This document shows positions 1 to 13,100 of a DNA stretch of 64,000 bases, one piece after another (position 1 is the first letter of the stretch; every line of letters starts with the position of its first letter). Origin of the DNA: Obrimoposthia wandeli (taxonomy: Eukaryota); the NCBI GenBank assembly GCA_977020255.1, contig CDROCS010000184.1:1-64000 (forward strand), in the 5' to 3' direction. The translations under genes and the position numbers were made by a program. A model generated the notes under the pieces. The model was not told the origin of the DNA, did no database searches, and worked only from the letters and a program-made list of their open reading frames with translations.

Positions 1-704
1 CGTGCCATTGCTGTATGTTTGTCTCAAACGCTTAAACAGTTAATTTGTAAAACCGTGCAACTTTTGGAAGATGGTAACCTTTCTTACACCTTTCTAGACC
101 ACTTTTTATCCAAACTGCCACAGAAAATCAAAATGAATTGGTCTTAAGTTACTTACACAGCAATAAATTTCAGAAAAAGCTAAAAATTTTGGTAGTATGA
201 AGTTAAGTATGAATTTAACGATTTTAATTTTCAACTTGCATTTGTATGTACATGAGCAATTTGTAAGACGAAATAAAAGCAAGGTGAAATAATTCATAAA
301 TGTATAAGTGTGTGGGAAAAACTGTCGATAATTATCAAATGCCTATTGAGGAATCATGAAGTATCAAAAAACAGACAATATCTACAGTCGAAAAATCGAA
401 TTTAAATGATTCTACTCATTAGTGAGGACGTATACTGTGTAAAAGCAACTATCAATTAGAAAAAAGTACAGTTTGATTATTCAACTTCAAAGTTTACAAA
501 ATGTAACTTTCCAATTTTGGAATAACATTGCGAATTCATGAAACGCGCAGTCACGCAGGAAATGATTTTCGGCTAAACTATTGAAATTTGGCTTTTACTT
601 TTGAATATAATCTATACACAGTTTTAGTATTTCGTTACTATAAAAGCAAATTCATGATTCAATCACAGCTTCCGTGTAGTTTAGTTGAACTACTAAATAC
701 TTGT

Positions 705-1122
705 TCAAAGCCTACAGATACCGATAGCGACTCTTTGTCTCCTGTTACAGATTTGGAATTCCGACAGGTGGAGTATGTATGTGTGATGTGGGCAGTGCTC
801 AGTAGTTCCATTGGAGAGTGTTGCTGGGTGGGTAGCTGACTGGAGTGAATCGATTGGCAAGAAGCGTGTTGTAGTTGGGCGGAATATTGAGTTCCTAAGT
901 TCCCAGGAAACGCTGTAGAAGGGAGGCAGCAAACTCGGCTTGGGGAGGCTAAATGGTGGTAGGTCGGTGGCAGCTGAACGACAGGGGGTAGACAAACTGG
1001 CCCGCTTGGGAGACAGGGGGTGGCGCGGAGAAGATGTTGGCGAGCTGCAGCAGAGCCTTGCTGTTGCCTGAGTGGTAGTTGCTGGCCAGCAAGGTTCCAC
1101 AATCAGGCTGTTGATGCTGGTT
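705..1122 (-). CDS. Probable terminal coding exon, Pro/Ser/Thr-rich
   Basis: Branch-like CTAAT plus GTGACAG acceptor; the phase-2 frame is open to TGA at 705; the true frame is ambiguous because a second frame is also long. Confidence 0.5.
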
Positions 1123-4100
1123 CTGTCACATACATTAGTATCAAGTGGACTGTCAAGAAAACTATATTCACTGATAATTATAGATTAAAAGGTGTTGGAC
1201 CAAACTTCACCACCCAACTGAACCGGAAGATCTCCAACAGGCATTTTCTTTTGATTATGGCTATGTGAGCTGGTACCCCATCTTGTTGAATATTGGAAGA
1301 CAAGAGTACCCCTTCTCTTCTAAAGAAAGAACACATTTGTTAGGACATATCTCGATACAGCTGTTACAACACCATTCAAGAAAAAATTGGCCGATGAAGT
1401 GTTTTTGTAGACATATCTACTGAAACTATAACTTTTGAAGAATGCCGATGAATCTATTTCTAAAAGTGCAGAATTTCTTTAGACCAAATGACATTTGAAA
1501 GTTGCCCAATCCATCAGTATAAATTGCATATTCATCTGAGAAGAATGGTCTTTCACACTTTTGATCAATATCATATTTTTCTAAAAATCACCTATGGAAT
1601 TCTGCCGTGTCCAATGATCTTCTTTTAATATAAATTGTTTTTTTTGGCTTCAGGATTTAAAAGCCACCCCATTTTTTATGGTGAGATGTAAAGTTGAACG
1701 TGTTTTCTCTATTTTATTAGATCTCCTTCTTATTGACAGTGTAGGATTGTATTCAATTAATCTTATACTTCTTTCATGTTGATCATCTTTTTCATTCAGT
1801 TTGCCACTTCGTTACTGATCAAAAAATCCTCCAGTTATGTGCAGTTTCTCTTTCCAGTCTTGAGTAACACGAGCGTGTGGTGGCTCAACAATAATAAATA
1901 TTTCTGTTAGTGTCTTCCTTAACCGTATAAGTACCGCAATACTTCTGTCACACTCATGATACTACGAGACCGCTAAAATACTTATATAATTACTTTGGTC
2001 AGCCAGATTAATCAATCATTCAAATGCAAATTTCTAATTACAAATTTATATATAGTAACCATACATAGTAGAAGTACATAGAATAACCGTGAAATATATA
2101 GTAACCATAAATATTAATTATAATTATGGGACTATTGGATTATTCTCTATAATCTTTTAAAAAATTATCTATTAGAGCAGTGATGATTATTTACAAATTA
2201 GCTATAAAAGAAAGAGGTCTGAATAACTATACAACCCAACTTTATTGACAGACAATAAATTCTCAAATAGAGTATAAAAATGTTTATTGATTCAAAAATT
2301 TTAATTTCCAAGTCAATTCTTTATTTAATAGACTTCTAGAAATTGAGATTCCACATAATTCAATAAGAGATGGCAATAATAGAAGACTGGCAATTCAAAT
2401 ATAAATAGAAGAAACCTTACACAATAGTTCGTGATTAACAGTAAGAAAACGTAATAACATTGAATAATTCAGAAGATACATCAAGATGTCCTTTATAGAA
2501 AATACTACAGTTAACTACTCAGTTGTTGATTTTGAAAAAAGTCAGGATACAGTTTTGAATAACAATTATTGCTATTATTAAGAAACTAGTGCTATATTAA
2601 ATATATTTTATGTTACGTTATAACCTGAAATATCAAACCCAAATTCAAGCTTTACCTATTAACAAAAAACAAATGAATTCAGATGGAAAATCTAAATTCA
2701 TAAATAGTTAAACTACAAGAGGGAAATTAAATATTGAATGTTTGGATTGCCTAAATAAGAAATAATTAATTTTAAGTGGATCACAGTCTGAATATAGGTT
2801 ATGGAATACTGCCGTAAATGGGGATATATTAGTTCACAAACCGGATCGTTGCGATAAGGCCCTTCCTAAGTAGTGCCGACTGGTGTTGCTGTTGTTGCTG
2901 CTTCAGATAGAAGTGTTGGAAATCTGCAGCCGCCGAGTTATCATAGTAGAGATTGCTGATGAAGTTGAATAGGGCCTGTCAGCCCAGTGAGTGATGGGTG
3001 ACTGGCCGCAGTGGTCTGGGAAGGCTATCGAAGATAAATTGTAGGTTAGATGACGTATTTGCTAGGGTACATGTCTCAAACTCGTTATATCTAGGTATTA
3101 AGATAAATATTGGACAAAATTCTATCTACTTACAAATTATAGAAATTAATACTCTCCATTTAGAAATTATTTGATGGGTTAATGGGGATAGTTTAGTGGT
3201 AAAATGTGACTTTCATAGTGAGACCCGTGAATCAATTCCCGGTTGCGGCATCTAATTTACACTCCAACCTATACATAGGCTCAGAAAGAATGATACGGCA
3301 TAGTGGCCTTTTTGTCAAATACCAGATGGTCTCCTATTGTCGGGGGTACGTCATGCATTTGGTAAGCAGAACTGCCGATGTGAGATGAATCAGAAATCAA
3401 AATTCCAAAAAACCATATACCGTAACAGCTGCATAATTAAACAAAGAGATTTAATGACTGCCCATGACCATTTTGTAAGAAGAAAAGGTGATGAGGGATG
3501 ATAATAAAAAATACCACGAGTAAATGTGTTGAAGAAGTTAAATCATACATCGAGAAATATATAAATGGAGTGATATGATCTTTAATTATGAAAAATGTTT
3601 ACATATGCAACTTACTTTATAAGATAATTAATTTTTTTGTAAGAACAGCTGGTTTGATGATTTTATGCTATTATAATTAACTATTAAATATCAGATGTTT
3701 ATTGATAAGGAGGTGAAAAATATATCCTCATATCGAGATATATGCTTATATATAGAAAAAATAAATAAACCCAAGATAATTTATATACATTTATCTATTA
3801 AAAATACAGTTATTTGTTGTTTCACAGTTATTGTTCCTAACTCACTTTTCAGCTAAGTTTTTGATTTTCGTATAAAAAAATCTGAAAAACTAATATCATA
3901 CATTTGGTTTAGAAAGACAATATTCTGTATCTCTTCGCTACAATTCAATGTTGTTTTACCCGGTACTTTTCCAGAGTAATTCTGCCTCTTCTTCAATTGA
4001 TCATGGTTTTTGATCCTCGGTCAACTTAAATTTCTCTAAAAAATTTTTGAAACTCAAATTAAAAAATCTTTCAGAAATGGAAAATAGCTTTATTAAAACA

Positions 4101-7100
4101 GTCTCGAATAGTTGTTTCTGTAACATTCCCTGAAGATTTAGCTGCAACTATTATAGCTTCCAAAATTGTGAATATATGAAAGATATTGTTTTCAACGCTA
4201 TCAATCTATTTTATTAACAAACTCTTACGATAGAAACTTTGGAAAGACCTAATAATAATCTGGTCTAAAGGCTGCAATATGGTTGTTATAATTTTGGTGA
4301 ATAAAGTATACCAATAAATTGAATTGACCTGTGTCCGGAAGACTGTGTACTGATACATTGTTAATTAATATACGTACATATTCATTCTACTTTGAATTTC
4401 ATTTAATTCGCTAGAATACTTTATTAATAAAAAAGTGAGGCCATCCAAGCAGGTGGATTATTATCATATAAAACTGGTAGTCTATGCATATTTTTACGAC
4501 AACATGGATTTCAACTTTACCAATAACTATTGTTTACAACTTTCGTGTGCCACTCATATTAACTGGAAGCAATTAAGTTATTTGTCTTTTCATATAATTT
4601 AAAATTTCAGTAGAAGATTCCTTAACACTAAACATTTTTTATCTTTTAATATTTATGGATAATCTCTTCAATATTTCATTTTTCCATTGTTCAACAACTT
4701 CCATTCACAAAGGATTATTTTCACGATATCTTATAATTTCTGATATTAGTTTAGAAATACTTTAGAAACGTTGTATAAATCCATTATGCAATCAAACATA
4801 AAATCAAAAGATATAACTTTAGACATTGAAAATTTATTTTATTTCATAAATCATAAGATCAACATAATTCATAAAATTGATAACATCTTCATTTGAATTC
4901 GAATTGTTCATAACCACATCATAAGTTTTCGTGTTCTTTAAAACAAAATCACATTCATTTAGGTTCACAAAATTTCCTTTTTATGGTCAATGGCGGAATA
5001 CCATGTTTGTGGGCTTTTTTACTTTAATTATAATTCAACATATTTAAATCTTTTTACAATATTGTTCGAGGATAAACATTCTGTACCCTTATATAACTTC
5101 CTTTGATATTATCAACGCTTTTCGTGAAATCTCTGCTAAAGAAATATCGTGAGAGTATATAATTAATGAACAGTAGCAGATAATGCTCAAGCTCGGGGTA
5201 CTTAACTGATCTTAATTTAGGTCTTTTAGCAGGTAATGGTGCTCCATCATATAAAATAATATCCATAATATGGAACCTTGATTAACCTTTTAACTTTTTG
5301 CGAGCTGATTTTGTGTCCTCTTTAGTTGATAACCACCTAATACCTTCTTTTGTATTTCAGTGTTAACAATTTTCTCTCGTTTCGTTCTTTTGTTGCAGGA
5401 TTATTTAACGTTAAACGTATTTTATAAATAAATAAACGAAAATAAAATAAAAATATAACAATCAAATTTTTAAACAAATTAAAATTGACAAAATTTGTAT
5501 TTTTAGCCTAAAAGAAATATAATGTTTTTGAGAAATAATTTAAAATATTCTTATGCTAAAAGAAATGCTTATAAGAAAAATATTATAATACTATTTTATG
5601 TTGAAATTCAGATATTTGTCTATAAAATTATTCAAAAAATGCTTATAAGGAGATATGTTATCAATATATATTACTGTAATAATTTTTAATTACTTTTGGA
5701 AAAGTCACGAGACATTATGCCCCACTTTGTATATTATTATTCATCGTGACATACCTTTTCATAAGATAATTGAAATCACCTTTTTAGCATTTGTGATATT
5801 TCTAAGTTTGTAGACTGTAAAATAAAATTGATATTTGGTTGGCTTTATCATTGTATCAAAAATCATGATACTAAATACTTGTGTCACGAATTACTTTGTT
5901 GAATCTAATTTATTCCTTCCAACGCAAAATATCTTACATATACTTGATTGGTGTGTGGTCCAGGGTGAACGGTTGGATTGGGCGAAACCTGCTTAGTCAT
6001 GACGACAGGTTTCAAGGACGAGGACGAGGAGGAGGAGGAATAGTTTTTGTTCTTCTCCGGAAAAGATCTGAGATTGGAGTCGATGGAGGAGAAGATCTTC
6101 CGGTCTGTCTTGAGACCAGTCATCGAGAGAGGCTTTGTAAAAGGCATTTTACTATCCGGCTGAAGTAACGGTTCTTTTAGGGGCTTCCAAATCGAATTGG
6201 AGATCTCATTGAAGAACTCTTTTGGCTTTTCTAAAGAAAAATGTGACAAAACAGCATATTTTGAGAAATCACCTTTTTCTGAGAAGCTTCATTTGATTAT
6301 TTTCAGTCTGAAAATTAGAAAAACAAATGAATCAAATAGCAATATAAATGAAGTCTAAACAATTGAAGATGAATGAAAATAAAACTGAGGCTGTATTATT
6401 TGAATCTAAGATTAATATAAACCGTATTAAAGAATAATCAGTTTCATTCATGTCGGTGAAAATATTATTAATTAAAAAAGTTAAAAATGCATATTCCATG
6501 AAAACATTACAATGAATTGTCGACCTAATAAACTGATCAGAACATGGCACAGTCATATAAAAAATTTATGTAATAAGACTCGCAATATTCTAATCACATT
6601 TTAATGAGATATTTTAGTAAAATAGTGAATCTTACTTCATCGTCTTTTAGCAGATCTTTTGGTAAATCTGTATTTTTATAAATACGCGAGAGAATATATA
6701 GCCACAGAGTTACATACACCAGTAGATTTATGCAGAGTGGTGCAAAAACAAGTTATAATTTTAAGTGTTGTAATTTACTATATTTTCTTTAAATTTCGCA
6801 TTAATTAGTAACCATTTAAAGAAATAATTTAAACTTTTATATATAGTATTGCTTATATATAGGGTGTCTATAAAGTCCCTGTACAGTTTCCTTTGTAAAT
6901 AATTTATAAAATACTTATAAAGTTCTAAATGTAAAGAAAGAAATCAAAACTAGACATTAATAAAATTTATTTTAAATACAATTTATGTTGAAAATGTTTT
7001 CCGCGTTAGGCCATACATATAAAAAGTCCATTTTCGAAATTTTCATGACTTTACGACATAATTCTTCAGAAATCCTGTTGAATTGTTTTCATCAATGGTT

Positions 7101-10100
7101 TCTCAATGACGAGAATAAACATTTTCCTTTAAATGGCCGCAAAGAAAAAAAATCCAAAGGGGTCAGATCTGGACTCCTGGCAGGCCATAAAGTTGTATCA
7201 TTTCTTCCAATCCAACGAGTTGGAAATTGGTCATTTAAATATTTGCGAACACTTAATGCCTAATGAGGCGGTGCTCCGTCTTGTTGATATATGTTATTTT
7301 TAAACATTCGTTTTCTTTTTAAAAGTGGGACAAGATAATTCTCCAACATTATTTTGTAGGAATCTTCAGTGACGGTTGCTTCAAAGAAATATGGACCAAT
7401 TAAACATGAACTAGACATGGCAGCCCATACACAGATCTTAGGTGATTTTAATGGCACCTCTTCATACATATGTGGATTTGTAAATCCCCAAACGCGTACA
7501 TTATAGGTATTTATACACGACCACTTAAACCAAAGGTAGATTCATCAGAAAACATAATGTTGACCATTAAGTGAGATTCATTTTCAATATGATCAATTAT
7601 ATTATAACAAAAAGACATACGAGGTTCATAGTCATCCTCTAATAGTTGATGTACATTTGTAATGTGGTAACATTTTAAACCTATGTAAAACCTATTGTAG
7701 ATTTTGGTAATATTAATTCCATAGATGCTCTAGATAATGATGTTGTTGCTCTTCATTAAATAGGTATGATATTCTTTCAATTGAATCATCATCTATACTA
7801 GGTTGTCCACTGTGCAGTCTATCAAGAACACTACCGAATTCTTTAAACTTCTTAAATATTGCTAAAATGGTAGTTCTTGTTGGTTTTTCAATTTTTTTTC
7901 ATTTTCTTCTCGAAATTGTAGGAAACTGATATTTTTGCTATCAATAGCACTATTTTAATTTTTTAAATAAATCCATAAATCTATAATAAATAATTAACTT
8001 AATCTAGGATATAAAATACTAAAAAAATTAATGATATCCTATTTTAATATTTAAAATATTTTAGCGTGTTTCTTTAACTATGTGATAAATTAAAACGAAA
8101 ACAAGTTGTATAGGGACTTTATAGACATCCTGTATATTAATTATTTAAAAAATTAACGTATATCTTAAAATGTTGATGATGTAAAATAAATAAAAAACGC
8201 ATATAATTATTACATCATGACTTGATTTTCATAATTCTTTACTATTTAATATCCCAGTTTATCAATTAAAATGTTTTCAACATAAAAATGTGTTAGTACA
8301 TGTGAACTTTCAAGGAAGCTCGATTGTCTGCTGATCAATGCAAGAATTGAATTGAAGATCATTCGTATTAACAAAAATGTATTCTTTTACAAAAAGCCCA
8401 AATATCTAATTGATTTTCTCAAGCATGGTGCAGTGAGCATGTAGAGGCATTTTAGGAAAAACGATGATGACTGCAGTTTGGTAAAGAAATTCTCAGATAA
8501 CAAACAGTCTGATGGAATATTTAAAATGTATGATTAGAATCTTTCCAACAATTTACCAATGAATATAAGAATTTAAGAAACAGCTGAAGACTTTACAGTT
8601 GAGAAAATATTACGAGGAATAGTTAAAATTTCATTTAGCCGTTGATCGGCCATCTTCAGTTTCAGTAATTTTTCAACAAAAGAAATCAAAATGGTTAAAC
8701 AATATAATAGATTTCTTCATTCTTTCTTTTACTTTTTTGACACATTTAAAACATAATCTAAAATATGACCATTTCAACTCAATTGAGTACGCTCTTTATT
8801 ACGTTGACAAAAATGATAACTTGTCTAGCAAATTTAGTGGAGTTACGCCCATTACAGTCGATTACACTTATTAATCGTTAAACAAAATTAGTGAGCAAAA
8901 TCAATAGATTATCAATTTCATACTTTGGAAAATCAAGAATTTTTGCTGAATTTAGAACAGTATTGACAGTTACAATTTCCAAATAATAAAAATATATTTA
9001 AAAAATAATTAAAGCCAAAAAAGATGGTACTTTGGAGATGAAATCTGGTTCTCGAAATTTATCCTCCATGTTCTCATGTAGACAATTAATACTAATTTTG
9101 ACAAGGTGGACAAAATTCCCAGGTTACAGGGCATTTAAGAAATTACTGACAAAACTATCCAAGTTAAAGCAAATGAAATATACTTCAATAAATGGATAAA
9201 ATTATGGAAAGAGAAGCTAAAAAGTATAAATACCTTCAGAATGATCACATCTGGAGTATATGTTAACCGTGCCACCTTTTCTTTAGGCTCAATCTGAAAA
9301 TACAAATTTGAAGTTAGAATAAACTAAACGAATGCACTTCTGGCTTATTTGTCGAGATTGTTATTCAGATAATACCAAGAACAATATGCAACAATAGACG
9401 AAATAAAGAGTCACGTTTAAAATTTATATTTTTATTGAAATCAACTAAAGTTCATTTGAAATTGAAATAATTGCGACTTTATAAAGAAAGACACTTTATA
9501 CTAATAAACTTATATTACATGAACATAATAACGTTCTGATTGACCTCGACGAGGCACCGATTTGATAAGCTTGCTAATTGTTTCCTAGAACGAGCATCAC
9601 GATTCCAATAATAAATGACTCTGGATATGAACTGCTGTTTTGTTGTTACATTTTCACACTTCCAATGATTTTCAAGTGAAATAATATGTGGGCTTTTTCT
9701 AGGCCAATCAAAAACTCCTGTCTTTCAGAAAGTTAGTATGATTCCGGCTTTATGATCGAGAAATCAATCACGCATACATATGCCGTTCTTTGACATTGCA
9801 GGTAAAAAAAGTTTGTTTGTAATAATTTTGCAGTATTGATTTTTGATTAAATCATTGAAAATCAATTATTTCACTTCAGATATTTGAACTTTACATATGA
9901 TTTCTAAGAACAACATTTAAATCAACTATAAAATAGAGAAAATAAATTTCTTATTTTTCAGTATCTTTTTTCTTTTCATTTTTTCTAAAAACACAATTTC
10001 TACGAAAAATCGAAAAAATTCATTGTGAAATATTTCGTGTAAATTTGTTTTTGTGAGCTGTAAACGTTCCGTGTTGTTTTTTTCGTGAGTAACTTCTTTT

Positions 10101-13100
10101 ACCTTTTTCTAAAATTGAAATCATTTAATAAATACTGCCTTTTTAAAAAACAAATAATTTTCACACCTAAATAATTTATGCAATGACATTGACAAAAAAC
10201 TTTAATTTATATATAGTAAAGTTATGGTTTATTCAATAATTTATAGATTAATCAACTTTCATTTATTTGGAAATCAATTAATAAATTTTAACTAATATAC
10301 TAATCTTTTGTTTTAAAATTTAAATATAATCTTTTTCTGAACATATTCAATAATTTATTTAATGTTTTTTACTGGAAGTTTAAATGTAAAGAAATATTAA
10401 CACCCATTTTAACTAATTTATTTGTGATTTTAAGTAAGGTTTAAATTTAAATGTATCATTGGAAGAAGTTCAAACTTTTTTAATGCCAAAAGCGCAGTAT
10501 TTAACTGATGATGAAAAAGAGATATTGTGAAACTTTGAAAAGAAGGTTGGAGATTTTGAAACATAACCCAAAAGATCAAAATAAGTTATACAGTTATATC
10601 TACATGTGTCAACAACCCAATTGATTATGAAAAAATACATTTCTCCTGCTCGAAGGAAGTCAAACCTTGACAAAAGAATAAAAAACGGTGTAATATTTAG
10701 TATTTGAGTTTGACATTAATGGATACGAGAAATAGCTAACCCTCGTACGAAGAGTATTTCCCCTGGAGCACTTCACAATAACGCACAAATACTACAAAGT
10801 GAAGACAGCAAAATGTTAGTCAGATAAATAAACAAGAGTGAATAAAAATTTCCAAAAATTGTTAGTAATTGGTTAGCGATAATTAAAATCTCATGTTTAG
10901 CGATGAAAGATGTATTAACCTCGACGATCCACACAGCTATCGTTACTACTGACACAATCGGCAAAACAAACCGGATGTTTTTTCTAAATCAAAATATACA
11001 CCTGGAATAATGGTCTGGAACGTTATATAATGCACAGGTTCGCATTTGCTCAAGAGAGCATTAAGTCCAAAGTGTATACAGATTTATTAAGAGGTGCTTC
11101 GTCGTTCTTTGAAACCAAAATAAATTTCAGCTAGATAATTAATTTGATTTACTCAAAAAGAGATCTAAATAAGAAGTTTATCATATGATCAAAAGAGTTT
11201 CAACGATAAAAATCGGAATAATTCAATTCTTTTAGGGATTTTTTAAGTTAATTTAAAAAAATTAATTTCTAGATGTTTATAAGTATTTTAAAATATTAAA
11301 TATACTTTTTATCGATCACTTTAGAAAAAATGTAAATATATTAAAATCATGGGCAAAATAGTCGAAATAGAAATACAAAAAATGAGAAAAAAATACAATT
11401 TGAAAGTTATAAAAACCGAACAAATACTATCTCTTAAAATGTGATTATTTCTTCAACTATCTATTTCAAAGGGATTGTCTGCTCTCTGTCATTTATTGAA
11501 GCCATTTTCCCTGTTTGGGGAGTGTTAATGAAAATTTTCACTAGAAACTATCTTATATTTACGGACTACTGTGCAATTTCCATATATTCCTAACGATGAT
11601 AATGGTGATTTAAAATATTTCACAATTATCATTTTATCAGTGATTTACTACAATAAATAAAATAAACTATCAATAAAATATTCTCACAAATAGTTGTCGG
11701 GAACAATGATAAAATATTAGCTCCTCAAATACATTACCAGGAATAATAATATTGTTTAAATGATACGCTGCTAAGCATTTCAAGTATTAATATATATTTA
11801 AAAATTAAAGAAATCTGCTTTTGGATTTATGTAAAGTTGATAAGATTTATAAACCTTCAAAAGATTCTAAGGATGAAATAATTAAAAAGAAAATCTTATA
11901 AATAATTAAAAGTTATTAAGTATTTCACTTTAAGGGTTACATTTGTTACAATTTTAACTTAAATAAACAAATACAGTATTGCTCATAAAAAACGCATAAT
12001 TAATTTTAAATAAATAAAATGCATATAATTTTTTAAATCTGTCATTATATTTAGTAAAAAAATATATTATTACTTTAAAATAATTGTTTTATAATATGAA
12101 TCACTATAGTTTATTTGAAAATGTATTTTATATTAAACGAAATTAATTATTAAAAAAATTATTGTGAAATAATATTGGTCAAAAAAATTGCATAATAAAT
12201 ATTTTTCAATATATAACCTTGATAAAGCGTATTTTCTTTAACGAATATTATTAAATATTAATTTATTTGTAAGTTATTAATTTGTCATTTTAAATATATA
12301 TTTTTAAGGTATAATGAGTCAATTGTCAAAGCAACAGAAGGAAATTATTATTAGTATGTTTGAAGAGGGTTATACCCAACAAAAATATATATAAAATTTT
12401 AAAATTTAACCAATCTACCATAAGTAGGCTTATTAAAAAAATGGAAAAGCACAGGTACATTGGTTCGAAAAGTAAGAAGTGGCCGTAAGTCCAAAATAAA
12501 TCGCTTACAAAAGTTAAAAATTAAAAGAAAGATTACCGAAAACCCACAACTTTCAACCTATGAAGTCGTTACCGAATGTGATCTTATTGATAAGGTTTCG
12601 ATATCCACAATATCCCGCTTCATGCGTTTTATAGGATTATATTCACGAGTTGCAGCAAAATCATTAGTAATAAGTCGCATTCACCGAAGGAAAAGACTCT
12701 TCGCTTGTAGATGCAAAATGTTCCATAGTAATATTTGAAATAAAGTTTATTTTTCTGACGAGAGTTCAATAAAAAATGTCATCAAGGTGGCGAATAACTG
12801 TTAGACGGCCTAAAAATAATCGATATAATCAAAGGTATGTATATTCAGAGAAAGGTCTATAATGTTTTGAGGATTTGTCAATGGAAATGGGGACCGATAT
12901 TTGACTTATGTGACAAGAACAATGAACTCAGTTAAATTTATTGAAACACTGAAAACTGCATTCCCAACCTTCCCAAGTGATGGCACATTACAACAAGATA
13001 GGGCTCCATGTCACTATTCTGGCTTATCAATGGATTTATGACTGAGCACAATCTCGAAAATTTACAATTCTCCAGATCTCAATCCTATCAAAAATATTTG

